Shown one piece after another: positions 26,303 through 36,700 of a stretch of 64,000 nt of DNA (position 1 is the stretch's first letter; every line of letters begins with the position of its first letter). Location: the NCBI GenBank assembly GCA_021108405.1, contig JAIOQW010000336.1, positions 1,777 through 65,776 on the forward strand. The letters are read 5' to 3'. The notes beneath the pieces are model-generated. The model was not told where the DNA came from. It did no database searches and saw nothing but the letters and a program-made list of their open reading frames with translations. Source of the stretch: Methanosarcinales archaeon. Lineage in GTDB: Archaea; Halobacteriota; Methanosarcinia; Methanosarcinales; Methanocomedenaceae. The translations under genes and the position numbers were made by a program.

Positions 26303-27127
26303 TCATGATAGTCCAAGCCATTCGAGAACTCCGAGCATTTTCAATCCGACATATATCATCATAGTGATGAATATGTACTGAAGCTCTCTTGCCGGGAGTT
26401 TGTGGGAAGCTTTGACACCCACCTGTGCCATCATGACACTTGTTGTAGCAAGCACGAGCCATGAACTCAAATTCACATACCCGATCGAATACGCCGGGAG
26501 ACCTTCGACACCAAGTCCGTTGATTATGTAGCCGATCACTCCTCCGATACTTGTGAATATCATAATAGCTGTTGATGTTCCAATAGCCTGATGCATCTTG
26601 AATTTCAGTACAACTATCATCACAGGGATCATTATAATACCACCACCAATTCCAATAATACCTGACACAATACCGATTGGAAAAGCCAATAAGACCCACA
26701 GGAATTGACTATCCTTTAACTCTTCATGGAACTTAGGCGGCTTTGATGTGAGCATTCTAATAGCACTTAATAAAACCACCAGACCGAAGGCAAATTCAAG
26801 GATCGCACCAGGCAGTTGTGCCGCAATCGTAGCACCGATCACCGCTCCGATCGCACTCGTAATACCAAGAACAATTCCAGCCCTCCAGAACACCACACCC
26901 TTCTTGCTATGCCCATAAGCACCACTTATCACTGTTGGCAGCACAACCAAAAGGTTCGTTCCGAACGAGACCTTGATCGCAGTATCAGGGCACACTCCCA
27001 TTGATGTATATACCCAGTACTGCACAGGAACCATAATGAAACACCCACCAATACCGAGTAGTCCACTGGCAAACCCTACACAGATACCAGTGATAGCCAG
27101 TGCAATAATTGCTATGATCGGATCCAT
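26303..27127 (-). CDS. TauE/SafE (TSUP, DUF81) family anion exporter-like membrane protein
   Basis: 274 aa with ~8 TM segments. Duplicated G.GGG..(M/I)VP motifs (LLGIGGCFIMVP and IIGIGGGIIMIPV). Confidence 0.75.
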   Translation of the reverse strand: MDPIIAIIALAITGICVGFASGLLGIGGCFIMVPVQYWVYTSMGVCPDTAIKVSFGTNLLVVLPTVISGAYGHSKKGVVFWRAGIVLGITSAIGAVIGATIAAQLPGAILEFAFGLVVLLSAIRMLTSKPPKFHEELKDSQFLWVLLAFPIGIVSGIIGIGGGIIMIPVMIVVLKFKMHQAIGTSTAIMIFTSIGGVIGYIINGLGVEGLPAYSIGYVNLSSWLVLATTSVMMAQVGVKASHKLPARELQYIFITMMIYVGLKMLGVLEWLGLS

Positions 27128-27163
27128 AGGGATTTTATTACCTTACTTCTTTAAAGGGATAAC

Positions 27164-27874
27164 TCAACATCTTATAATACCCCATACTGACCTTATAACC
27201 TGTCTGTTGGTAGAAAATCTTATGATCGGTGGAAATATATTTATCGGTGTAAAGGTTATTTGTGCCATCATGTCCCAGTCTAGCATCGGGCCTGTAAAAT
27301 CAGGAGTGAACCTGATCTCATGTTCTGTTTTGCATGAACCAAGGGTCGCATAGAAGAAACCTGCTGTAATACCTGTGTGGGCAGGGTCATCCAGACCGTA
27401 TATTGTATCGATCTTAAGATGTCTGAATTTTATGGTATTGACCATTTCCCTGGATAATTTTCTCATTGGTTTGACCAGACCAGTGATATGTCTTATATTA
27501 TCCGGACTTACGAGTCGTTTGCTCTTATTTAAAGCACGAGAAGGTATACGGTGTTTTTTTATAAAAGAAGTGATCCTTGACTTTTTAACAGCTGGTTTCG
27601 AGACGTTTGGTTTTTTTTTTTCTGTTTTTTTTTTCTTAGGAGTTTTTCCTTTTGATACCAGATCAACAATTCTATGATTAAAAAAAAATATCTCAATCTG
27701 GCTGTCCTTTAGTGTATATTTTATCTTAAATATCAGCCAGCTTATAGCCAGGTTAAAATTTATAATTTCATTTGATCTACTTGATTCTGTATGGAATTTT
27801 ATAGGGATTATTAAGATAGCTAAAGCTAATAAGAATATTATCAGTATAATCCCTATTACCAATAACCAGAGCAT
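27164..27874 (-). CDS. DUF2953-like membrane-anchored protein (YtfI-like)
   Basis: N-terminal TM segment and a Lys-rich linker (KGKTPKKKKTEKKKPNVSKPAVKK). The C-terminal DDPAHTGITAGFFYA...FTPDFTGP matches what I recall of DUF2953. Paired with a GerW/YtfJ gene, as in Bacillus ytfI-ytfJ. Confidence 0.5.
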   Translation of the reverse strand: MLWLLVIGIILIIFLLALAILIIPIKFHTESSRSNEIINFNLAISWLIFKIKYTLKDSQIEIFFFNHRIVDLVSKGKTPKKKKTEKKKPNVSKPAVKKSRITSFIKKHRIPSRALNKSKRLVSPDNIRHITGLVKPMRKLSREMVNTIKFRHLKIDTIYGLDDPAHTGITAGFFYATLGSCKTEHEIRFTPDFTGPMLDWDMMAQITFTPINIFPPIIRFSTNRQVIRSVWGIIRC

Positions 27875-27895
27875 TTTATTAAATGCCGGTTAAGT

Positions 27896-28318
27896 TTATT
27901 CGGTATCAGTATTAGATCCGCTTTTTTCTATACTCTCAGGTGATTCCTTTTTCTTACGCCCTTCTATTATGGATTTTGATCTATCCAATAATTCAGGCAT
28001 AATATCTGCGATCTGCGTGACCACACCTTTTTCTTTCATTGTGAGTAATTTTACATCATCAGATGTTACTACAAGAAAAGCAATTGGTAAAACGGATGCA
28101 CCGCCGCCGCCACCGCCGCCTATACCTTTATTTTTTTCGTCACTTCCACCTTCTCCTCCACCACTGCCGAAACCGAATGTGACTTTGGTGACCGGAATAA
28201 TTGTAGTCCCGCTAACAGTTATATGTTCCCCTATAACAGTTTTTGTAGAGATCATAGTGGTAATCTCTTCAGTAATTATTTTTAATAAATCTTCTACTGC
28301 CATTTTTATTACCTCCAT
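27896..28318 (-). CDS. GerW/YtfJ-family protein
   Basis: VIGEHITVSGTTIIPVTKVTFGFGSGGGEG...GGGGGGASVLPIAFLVVTSDDVKLL matches the sporulation protein YtfJ (GerW) family pattern. Confidence 0.75.
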   Translation of the reverse strand: MEVIKMAVEDLLKIITEEITTMISTKTVIGEHITVSGTTIIPVTKVTFGFGSGGGEGGSDEKNKGIGGGGGGGASVLPIAFLVVTSDDVKLLTMKEKGVVTQIADIMPELLDRSKSIIEGRKKKESPESIEKSGSNTDTE

Positions 28319-28462
28319 TAATGGTGATTATATATTGTATCTAATATTAGTTATAATTTATGTGTACTTGCAATGAAATTCTATATGAATATAAAAATAT
28401 TAAACAGGATAGACAGGATATACCTCAACGTCAATATCCTGTCGATCAGGTGTGTTCTGCAT

Positions 28463-28957
28463 CTACCCGTCGGACCCAAGCAACCACTTCCAGATAGGAA
28501 CATATGTTATCCCGTCCTCTGATTTTTCAACATTCCTTGTAAGCAGGACCAGTTCTGAAATTCTTCCCTGAAAGTTCTCTTTAAATTCAAGTAATGCTTT
28601 GATCTCTCTTTCATCTATAGCATCAGTGTAAGTGACATTAATTCCAGTCAGGGTATTGTCCCTGTTTTTTACAATAAAATTCACTTCTTTACGACCTTTC
28701 CAGTAATAAACATCAAGATTTCTTCTTCTAAGTTCGATGAAAGTGCTGTTCTCTACAAGTTTACCTTCATCAGATGAGAATTTGAAAGATGCTGCATTCC
28801 GAAGACCAGTGTCTATGCAATATATTTTTCTCGGTTTCTGGATGGCTAATGACGTTTTTATGGAATACGAAAAAAAGTTAAGTTGAAAGATAAGGTACGC
28901 CTGTTCCAAATATAGGAGATATTCCTTTACACTGCTTACAGACAAACTTAATACCAA
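28463..28957 (-). pseudogene. C-terminal (DUF4143) fragment of an AAA ATPase; N-terminal P-loop half missing
   Basis: ...SVKEYLLYLEQAYLIFQLNFF....KIYCIDTGLRNA...ENSTFIELRRR...YYWKGRKEVNFIV...VPIWKWLL. The same C-terminal family occurs at 55965..56318. The ORF begins abruptly at the ~28950 junction. Confidence 0.7.
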
Positions 28958-30890
28958 GGGTGCGGATGGCCATTATAATGGAATTTATATCAGTACAAAA
29001 AATCCACCAGCCCCATTTGGACAATACAACATTGTATCAAACAATACTGTATGCGGAAGCCAGGCAGAGGATATATTAATTGATGGTACTGCTGCTGGTA
29101 CAAACGATGTTAACGATAACACCTGCGACTTATCAATTGGTGGTGCCGGGAATGGTTGCCCCTGGAACTGCAACAACCTGGTATCAGTCTACTTTGATTT
29201 CGATGAAGATACATACTACAGTGATGAGCCTGAAAATTGCGAATGCGATATAGCTGGCAGTGGTAAGTGTGCATGCTGCAATCCGGGAATGTTCAATGGA
29301 AGCGATCCTGCTAAAGCATCATACGAAGCTTCATGCGATTGCCAGTGGACTGTCGGAAACGATCCCAATGACTGCAATGCAAGTATAACTCCATCACAAA
29401 CACAGACCTACAAGATCAGCGGTTACACAGACCCGGCAGCGGACACAGTTAATATTACGAACCTGAACAAGCCGGATGTTGTTGATGATAGAGCTGCTAA
29501 CATCGCAAATGATTTTTACGAAATCACACTTAACGTCTCGGATGAGGTTGAACCAGGTGATGTGCTCCGGATCACTGCATGTAAGGACGTTGGCAATTAC
29601 GAGAGTAACTGTAATGTAACAAATTATACGGTTGTGAATGCACCAGGAGAAGATACCAACGTCAACATCACATTAAACCACTACTGTCTGAACTACCATC
29701 CGGATTATCCGTTTAGCACATGGGAGCAAGATAACTGGAGTGGACCTGCTGTCATGCAGATGATGGTTAATCATTATAGATCTATGGAGCCGGCTCAATC
29801 GGATTTAAACGAAACAGGTATTGTACATAATCAGCCGTGCAACTCAGAACTTGAGTTCGTTGATCCGGACGGTATGAGGTGGACACTAAACGATATTCTG
29901 CATAATACCTCCTCCTATGGTGGTGGTAATTATGCGAATTACGATATCGGAAATTATGACAATCTTGATAGTGTACTCCACTACATCTGCTACTGGCAGC
30001 ATAAGGGACCTGGAGTGGCGCCGACTGATGGAGACTATTCCAACTGGATGGTAATTCGAGGAATCCATACCAGTGTAAATCCGTACCCGCAGTCTTCTGG
30101 TAGCTATGACATCTATGGATTCTGGATAAATGATCCAAATCCCACTGGCATTGGAGAGAACACCTATAAGACTGTGAATCAATGGACAAACGATTATTAC
30201 TCCACTCTCACAGGAGTAAATGTCGATGATAACTACCTGAACAGGTATGTTGCAGTATGTGAGCCACCGGTACAACCCGATTGCGAAATAAAGTTAGTAT
30301 CTTCGAAGCCAAGGTTTGATGATGCAATAACAACACCACTTGCTGAGATGACGCTCACAGCAAACAGCCCTGAACAAGTGAGTTATAAGAAGGTGCTCAG
30401 GAATGATAATTCACGTAAGATCGTAACGGCTGCGATCGATGGTGTTAATGAGGAACTTGTTCCATATGATGCTGCATTTGCAGAAGTTTTTGCAAAAACA
30501 GTTTCAGGTAAACCTAAGTTTGTCTCAGGCGACAACGAGAATTACTACATAATACCCTTTGATCTTTCTGTAAAGGAACGACTAAAGCCAATCAAAAAGT
30601 CAATCGCAGATATACGGAAGATCAAGCAGAAGACACTTGTCGTTGTGCTTATTGATACAGAGGATGGAAGCTTCAAGGAGGCTTCATGGGTCGAAGATCC
30701 TGTAGAGTACTTGCCTGTATCCGAAGCAAAGGCATTGCAGCTCATACACAATGAGGCAGATATATCAATAGAAAAACCGACGACTGAGCTTGTTCATAGG
30801 GATGCAAGCCCATACTATCCGGACTGGAAAGTTACGATCGGTGATAATGTCTTCTTCGTGAGCCAGGATGGAACGGTGAGCCAGGAATAA
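28950..30890 (+). pseudogene. 5'-truncated beta-helix surface protein (last rungs only) fused to a C-terminal C39-like domain region
   Basis: The frame of track ORF 29289..30890 is open upstream to ~28944 without a start. 28950-29170 encodes NTKGADGHYNGIYISTKNPPAPFGQYNIVSNNTVCGSQAEDILIDG...NDNTCD...GNGCPWNC, a close paralogue of 32036-32260 in ORF 31214..33163. It has no signal peptide and no N-terminal module. Confidence 0.6.
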
Positions 30891-30909
30891 GTAGTAGTAT
30901 ACACATTTG

Positions 30910-30939
30910 AAAAGGGGGGTTATTATACCCCTTTTTTTT
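30910..30939 (+). terminator. Hairpin plus T8 terminator-like signal
   Basis: AAAAGGGGGGT-TATTAT-ACCCCTTTTTTTT, ~20 nt after the stop at 30888-30890. Confidence 0.6.
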
Positions 30940-31213
30940 ATATACTAAGAGGCACAATACCAAAATCCAGTGATTTTAAAAAATATATTTATAAACACTA
31001 ATTCATACAGATTTCATTACACTGCTTTTTAAATTTGTTTATGTCCCTAATTTTATCACTTTTTAGTGAATAATTAGGTTTTATTTCCAAAACCGAGATT
31101 TGTTAGAGCATATTATTAGTATACCTAACAGCAATTATCTTTTCAAGTGATCTTTGTAAATCGCTTAAGATAGATAAAAAATTAACAGAAGAAAAAATTC
31201 GGAGGATAAATGG

Positions 31214-33163
31214 ATGAATAGGAAAATATTATTTGAAATATTTCTTGTAATGATGATCATTATGGTAGGAAATGCAAGCGGCGAACTGCCTGCTTGCCCT
31301 GCACCCGGAGATACAGCAATTACAAGCAGTTGTCAACTCAATGATGACTATATTGTTACAGCAGGAAATGGTTATATTATCGGAGCAGATGATGTCGTCA
31401 TTGATGGTGCCGGTCATAAGATAAGTGGAGATGTTACAAGTGCAACATGCACTGCCGGCCAGACAGAGCCATGTGTAACACATTCCGGAATAGTCAACAA
31501 TGGGGGCTATAACAATGTGGTTATAAAGAATCTTGAAATAGAGAACTTCTGTACTGGTGTTGTGATGGGAATTTCCGTTGAGAATATGACAGTAGAGGAA
31601 TGCGAGATACATGATTGTGGTGCTTCTGATAGCGTAACACATGGCATACACATAGCAGGTGCATATAACTGCACTATAAAGGGAAATGAGATCTACAATC
31701 AAAAGGGAACAGCAGATGATACCTGTGGTGCAGGTGGAAACGGTATTTCATTACATGGAGTTACAGCAGATGAAAACTATGGAGGAGATTGGAACACCAT
31801 AATCTACAACAATCTTCATAACAATGCAAAATGTGGTCTCCATGCAAAATTTCAGTGTATGCATAACACAATCAGTCATAACCTGGTGACAGAAAATGCA
31901 AAATCAGGAATTATGCCAGAATGCAAGATGTCAAATTATTTCACTATCGAGTATAATACTATAACTGATAATGGTCCATATTATGGATTCTATACCCGTG
32001 GTCATGATAACGTTATTAGACATAATACCATTACCAATACCAAGGGTACGGATGGCCATTATAATGGAATTTATATCAGTACAAAAGGAGCACCAGGCCC
32101 ATTTGGAGAAAACAACATTGTATCAAACAATACTGTATGCGGAAGCCAGGAAGAGGATATAAAAATTGATGGTAATGCTGCTGATACAAACAATGTTAAC
32201 GATAACACCTGCGACTCGACCAGTGGTGGTACCGGGAATGGTTGTCCATATAACTGCAGCCAAACGCAATTATCACTATCAATTTCAGCCAGTCTAAGCG
32301 AAGTGAAAGTTGGTGAGGCTACGAATGTTACTTTTACAGTAACAAGCGATGACAACCCGGTTGAGGGTGCAAATGTAACTCTTAGCGGAAGTGCTGACGG
32401 TAGCGGCATTACAGAAGCCGATGGATCAGTGGTTATTTCAGTAAATGCAACCAGTGCAGGTACAATCACAGCCACAGCAATTAAGGAAAATTATACCAAC
32501 GGTACTACTACATTAACTGCCAAAGTGGATGAAATACACACACTATCAATTTCAGCCAGTCTAAGCGAAGTGAAAGTTGGTGAGGCTACGAATGTTACTT
32601 TTACAGTAACAAGCGATGACAACCCGGTTGAGGGTGCAAATGTAACTCTTAGCGGAAGTGCTGACGGTAGCGGCATTACAGAAGCCGATGGATCAGTGGT
32701 TATTTCAGTAAATGCAACCAGTGCAGGTACAATCACAGCCACAGCAAACAAGGATGGTTATACTGATGATACTACTACGTTGACTGCCAAACCAAAAGAA
32801 GATGGAGTCTCCTCATCTGTATCGCTGAGTGTGAATATCAAACCAACCATCTCATTGATAGTTACACCTGATAACATTGATTTTGGTGAACTTTATTCAG
32901 GTGAAACCAGTGATGTGCAATCCATGACTATTGAGAATAAAGGCGGATCCAGTTTCAATGTGACTACTCAGGTAAGTGATAATCCGGCAGAAGATACACT
33001 GTTCAAGAGCGGATTGCTGCTTGACTCAGCTATATGGAGTGATTATACTATATCCATAGATGCACAAGCATCAGTAATAGCTAATGGATCGCTTAATGTC
33101 CCTGGCGACTATATGGGAATTGGACAAAAACAAGGAGAAATAGTGTTCTGGGCGCAAGCCTAG
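31214..33163 (+). CDS. Secreted Cys-rich beta-helix protein (module 1) with two identical Ig-like repeats and a PapD/ASH-like C-terminal domain
   Basis: GGAGGA upstream and a signal peptide. Module motifs: HGIH, D.CGAGGNGISLH, NAKCGLHAKFQCMHN, GIMPECKMS, DGHYNGIYIS and NNTVCGSQEEDIKIDG. Two copies of LSISASLSEVKVGEATNVTFTVTSDDNPVEGANVTLSG... Confidence 0.75.
   Translation: MNRKILFEIFLVMMIIMVGNASGELPACPAPGDTAITSSCQLNDDYIVTAGNGYIIGADDVVIDGAGHKISGDVTSATCTAGQTEPCVTHSGIVNNGGYNNVVIKNLEIENFCTGVVMGISVENMTVEECEIHDCGASDSVTHGIHIAGAYNCTIKGNEIYNQKGTADDTCGAGGNGISLHGVTADENYGGDWNTIIYNNLHNNAKCGLHAKFQCMHNTISHNLVTENAKSGIMPECKMSNYFTIEYNTITDNGPYYGFYTRGHDNVIRHNTITNTKGTDGHYNGIYISTKGAPGPFGENNIVSNNTVCGSQEEDIKIDGNAADTNNVNDNTCDSTSGGTGNGCPYNCSQTQLSLSISASLSEVKVGEATNVTFTVTSDDNPVEGANVTLSGSADGSGITEADGSVVISVNATSAGTITATAIKENYTNGTTTLTAKVDEIHTLSISASLSEVKVGEATNVTFTVTSDDNPVEGANVTLSGSADGSGITEADGSVVISVNATSAGTITATANKDGYTDDTTTLTAKPKEDGVSSSVSLSVNIKPTISLIVTPDNIDFGELYSGETSDVQSMTIENKGGSSFNVTTQVSDNPAEDTLFKSGLLLDSAIWSDYTISIDAQASVIANGSLNVPGDYMGIGQKQGEIVFWAQA
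32274..32747 (+). repeat. Perfect 207-nt direct duplication at 267-nt period (Ig-like domain pair)
   Basis: 32274-32480 reads identical to 32541-32747 by eye. The 60-nt linkers differ. Confidence 0.9.
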
Positions 33164-33202
33164 AACTCCCTTTTTTTTTCGATAGAATGATGGTATGAAT
33201 TT

Positions 33203-33688
33203 ATGAAGAATATTATTATATTGTTAATAATAATTTTTTTTATATTAGAAACAGTTTCAGCTATCGGTATAGGCGTTACACCCGGGAATTTGAATTTTAG
33301 TACTCAAGTTGGCCTTTCCGATAGCAGATCGCTATATATAATCAATACAGGCACTGAGATTTCAAATTATAAAGTATACGTGGATGAAGATTATGCTAAC
33401 TGGTTTCATATTTCACCTGATAATTTCAGTCTGAATGCTAATGAGAATAAAGAAGTAATACTGAAATTCACACCGCCTATATCTTCAAAAGGAGACTTCG
33501 ATTTTACAGTATATTCAGTTTCTTCATCTCCATCTTCTGATTTCAGTGTAGGAAGCGGTATTAAAGTACCTGTTCAAGCCACAGTCTTTAATTCAGGAAT
33601 AATAGTAGCAGGATTAATACTGGTATTATTAATCATTGGAACTGGTGGTTATTGTATTTACAGAAAAAAAGGTAGAAATAATCAATAG
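33203..33688 (+). CDS. Small secreted PapD/ASH-like Ig-fold protein with C-terminal TM anchor
   Basis: Signal peptide. IGIGVTPGNLNFSTQVG...YIINTGTEISNYKVYVDEDYANWFHISPDNFSLNANENKEVILKFTPP. C-terminal IIVAGLILVLLIIGTGGYCIYRKKGRNNQ. Confidence 0.6.
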   Translation: MKNIIILLIIIFFILETVSAIGIGVTPGNLNFSTQVGLSDSRSLYIINTGTEISNYKVYVDEDYANWFHISPDNFSLNANENKEVILKFTPPISSKGDFDFTVYSVSSSPSSDFSVGSGIKVPVQATVFNSGIIVAGLILVLLIIGTGGYCIYRKKGRNNQ

Positions 33689-33700
33689 TCTTAAAAAAAG

Positions 33701-36700
33701 ATGAGAAAAAGTTTCATTCTTATGGCACTGGTGATAATATACTTTTCACTGATTGGAAGCTCCATAGCAGAGCATGCATGTGTTGTGGATGATGGCACCG
33801 CCTTCTTCTGTGGAGACACAGTAACAAAGAGTTGCACACTCAATGGAAGCATGACATGTCCGAATGCAGGATATGGATTGATCATAGGAGCAAAAGACGT
33901 TGTAATTAATGGTACAGGTTTTAAGATTATAGGAAATCGGGAAAATATTACTTGTAATAATAGTCAGACTGTGGCTGCAGAACATTCCGGAATTATCGAT
34001 ACTGATTATGGCAATGTCACAATAAAGAATCTGGAGATCGAAAATTTCTATACTGGAATCGCTTTAGGTAAATGTTCACTTGGTATTGATAACATAATAG
34101 TAACTGATTGCAAGATCCATGATTGCGGCAACTCTGATAGTATAACTCACGGTATCCATATGATAGGTGTGAATAACTGCACAATTAGCAAGAATGATAT
34201 CTATAACATTAATGGAACAGGGCCTGATTCTGGTTGTGGTGGGGGTGGAAATGGTATTTTTATGTATGGAGTAAGTAGAGACCATGGTAACTATAATAAT
34301 ATAATCCACAATAATTTTACTAATAATGTAAAAAGTGGCTTCTTTATGAAAATGATGTGCATGTACAATAATATTGGTTATAATAAAATGACTGGAAACG
34401 GTCAGGGAGGGGTTGTAATGATGTGCAAGGAATCAAATTATAATAATATTGAAGGTAATAATGCATCAGAAAATGATTGGTATGGTATCTTTACAGGTGG
34501 GAACAATAATACCATCAGATACAACACAATGACTAATAACGGGTACCATGGAATCGAATTGGGGAGAAGCGACGGGTCATACAATAACAAGTTGTATAAT
34601 AATGTAATTTGTGGAAATAACGATACAGATATAAAGATATATGGATCTGGCTCCGGAACTGCAGGTGGGAACAACACCTGTTGCACAACAATGCACTTTA
34701 ACGATGATGGAACTACTGGATGTAATTATGATTGTTCGCCTGCCCCGGATCTCACAATAATAGAAATGTCAGAAGATTTGATTGACTCAGAAGATAAGAT
34801 AAATAAGACATACAAGATCAACTATACAATCAGGAATAATGGTGATGAGGATGCAGAGGCAAGCAATACCTCGATCAAGATTGATGGAATAGAAGTTGCA
34901 GTCGATCCTGTTAAACCATTGAATGTGGGTGAGAAACACACCATCACAATCGGTCCTTTTAAAATCTCGGGAGGATACGACACAATCTGCCTCAATATCG
35001 ATAAAGATAATAATGTTTTTGAGAAGAGCAAGGAGTACAATAACTGTCTTGAGACTATACTCTTTCATCCTGAGATGCCTGACCTTGTGATATCAACAAA
35101 AACAGAGAATTGGATTACTGAAGGTTCAATATACAATATCACCTGCACGGTAGAGAATATCGGCACCACAAAAGCCAATGCGAGCAACACTTCTATCAGG
35201 ATAGATGAAATTGAGGTTGCAGTTGATCATGTTAACACATTAAACATTAATGAGAGCCATACCATTACATTCGGTCCTTTCATAATCACTGGAAATAACG
35301 ATACGGTTCTCATCTGTGCAGACTGTGATAATAATGTTGCAGAGAGCGATGAAACGAACAACTGTAAAGTGAATTCATTTGGAAACTCAAATGGAGATGA
35401 TAACAGGTCAACATGTTCGGATGGAACGCCTTATGGTGAATGCTCGGTAGATAAACCAAAGTACTGTGACAATGGAATTTTAATCGATGACTGTATTAGA
35501 TGCGGGTGTCAGGAAGGACAAAACTGTAACGAAGTATCAGGTTCTTGCTATGAACCAGGAGAAGGTGCCTGTATCGGTAAGACAAAGACCTTCTACTGCC
35601 AGGATACGGTAACAGAGTCCTGCACACTCAATGGAAATATGGTTTGTTCACCAGGACATGGCTTGATCATAAAAAAAGACGGGATCACGATTAACGGAAA
35701 TGGATACAAAATTACAGGGAGAAAATCCACTAAAGATTGTGCTAACTGTATGGAGACAGGTCCGACTGGAGGCCAAGAATCCGGGTTTTATTGTGGAATT
35801 TATAATAATGGCTATGACGATGTAACAATAGAGAATCTTGAGATCGAGGACTTCTGCACAGGAATTGGCCTTTTTGGAAATAGGCAGAGGATTATTGAGA
35901 ACAATAAAATAACCAATTGTAATATTCATAACAACGGATTTAAAACTACTTTCAATGGCCAGGATATGGTAACGCATGGTATCCATGCAAGCTTTGTACG
36001 GAATCTCGAGATAACCGGAAATGAGATTTACGAGAATGAGGGTACTGGTGATTTCTGTGGTGCAGGTGGAAATGGGATCTTCCTCTATGCAGGCGTGTCT
36101 GAAAATCATTGTGATATTAGCCACAATATATTATACAATAATGCGAAAGCAGGTTTCTGGACAAAGATGATGTTATCCAAGAGCACTATTACTCATAACG
36201 AGATATGGGGTAATGGAGATGGGTCAGGCATAGCTGATGATGTAAGAGGAGGGATCGTACTACGGTGTAAGAAATCGAGTGATAATCATATAGAATACAA
36301 TAACGTCCACGATCACGTTGCAGATGGATATGGTTACGGGATATATATTGGAGGTAGTAACAATACAATCGAGCACAATACCGTAACTTCAAATTCCGAA
36401 TCCGGGATCAATATGGGACGAAGCGATGGATCATTCGATAATAAGCTGTACAACAATCTCATTTGCGACAATGAAGTCGATATTGGTGTTACTACTGGTG
36501 TTACTGGAAATACCGGTGATGGAAACACCTGCAAAATAACAAATAATTATGACGATACCGGAACCACAAACTGCCTATATTCATGTCAGGGATCAAAACA
36601 AGAGAATGGTAGAAGGGATGTAGATTCAAAAAAGATGAAAGAAGAGGCTAAAGAAACACCGTTTGCCAAGGCTGGTGGAAATGGATCCATATCTTTAGCG

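Noticed and set aside
27969-28376. Pro-rich 135-aa plus-strand ORF (PPPPPPPIPLFF...).
   Set aside because: It is the antisense of the poly-Gly stretch of the GerW/YtfJ gene, so it is a composition artefact.
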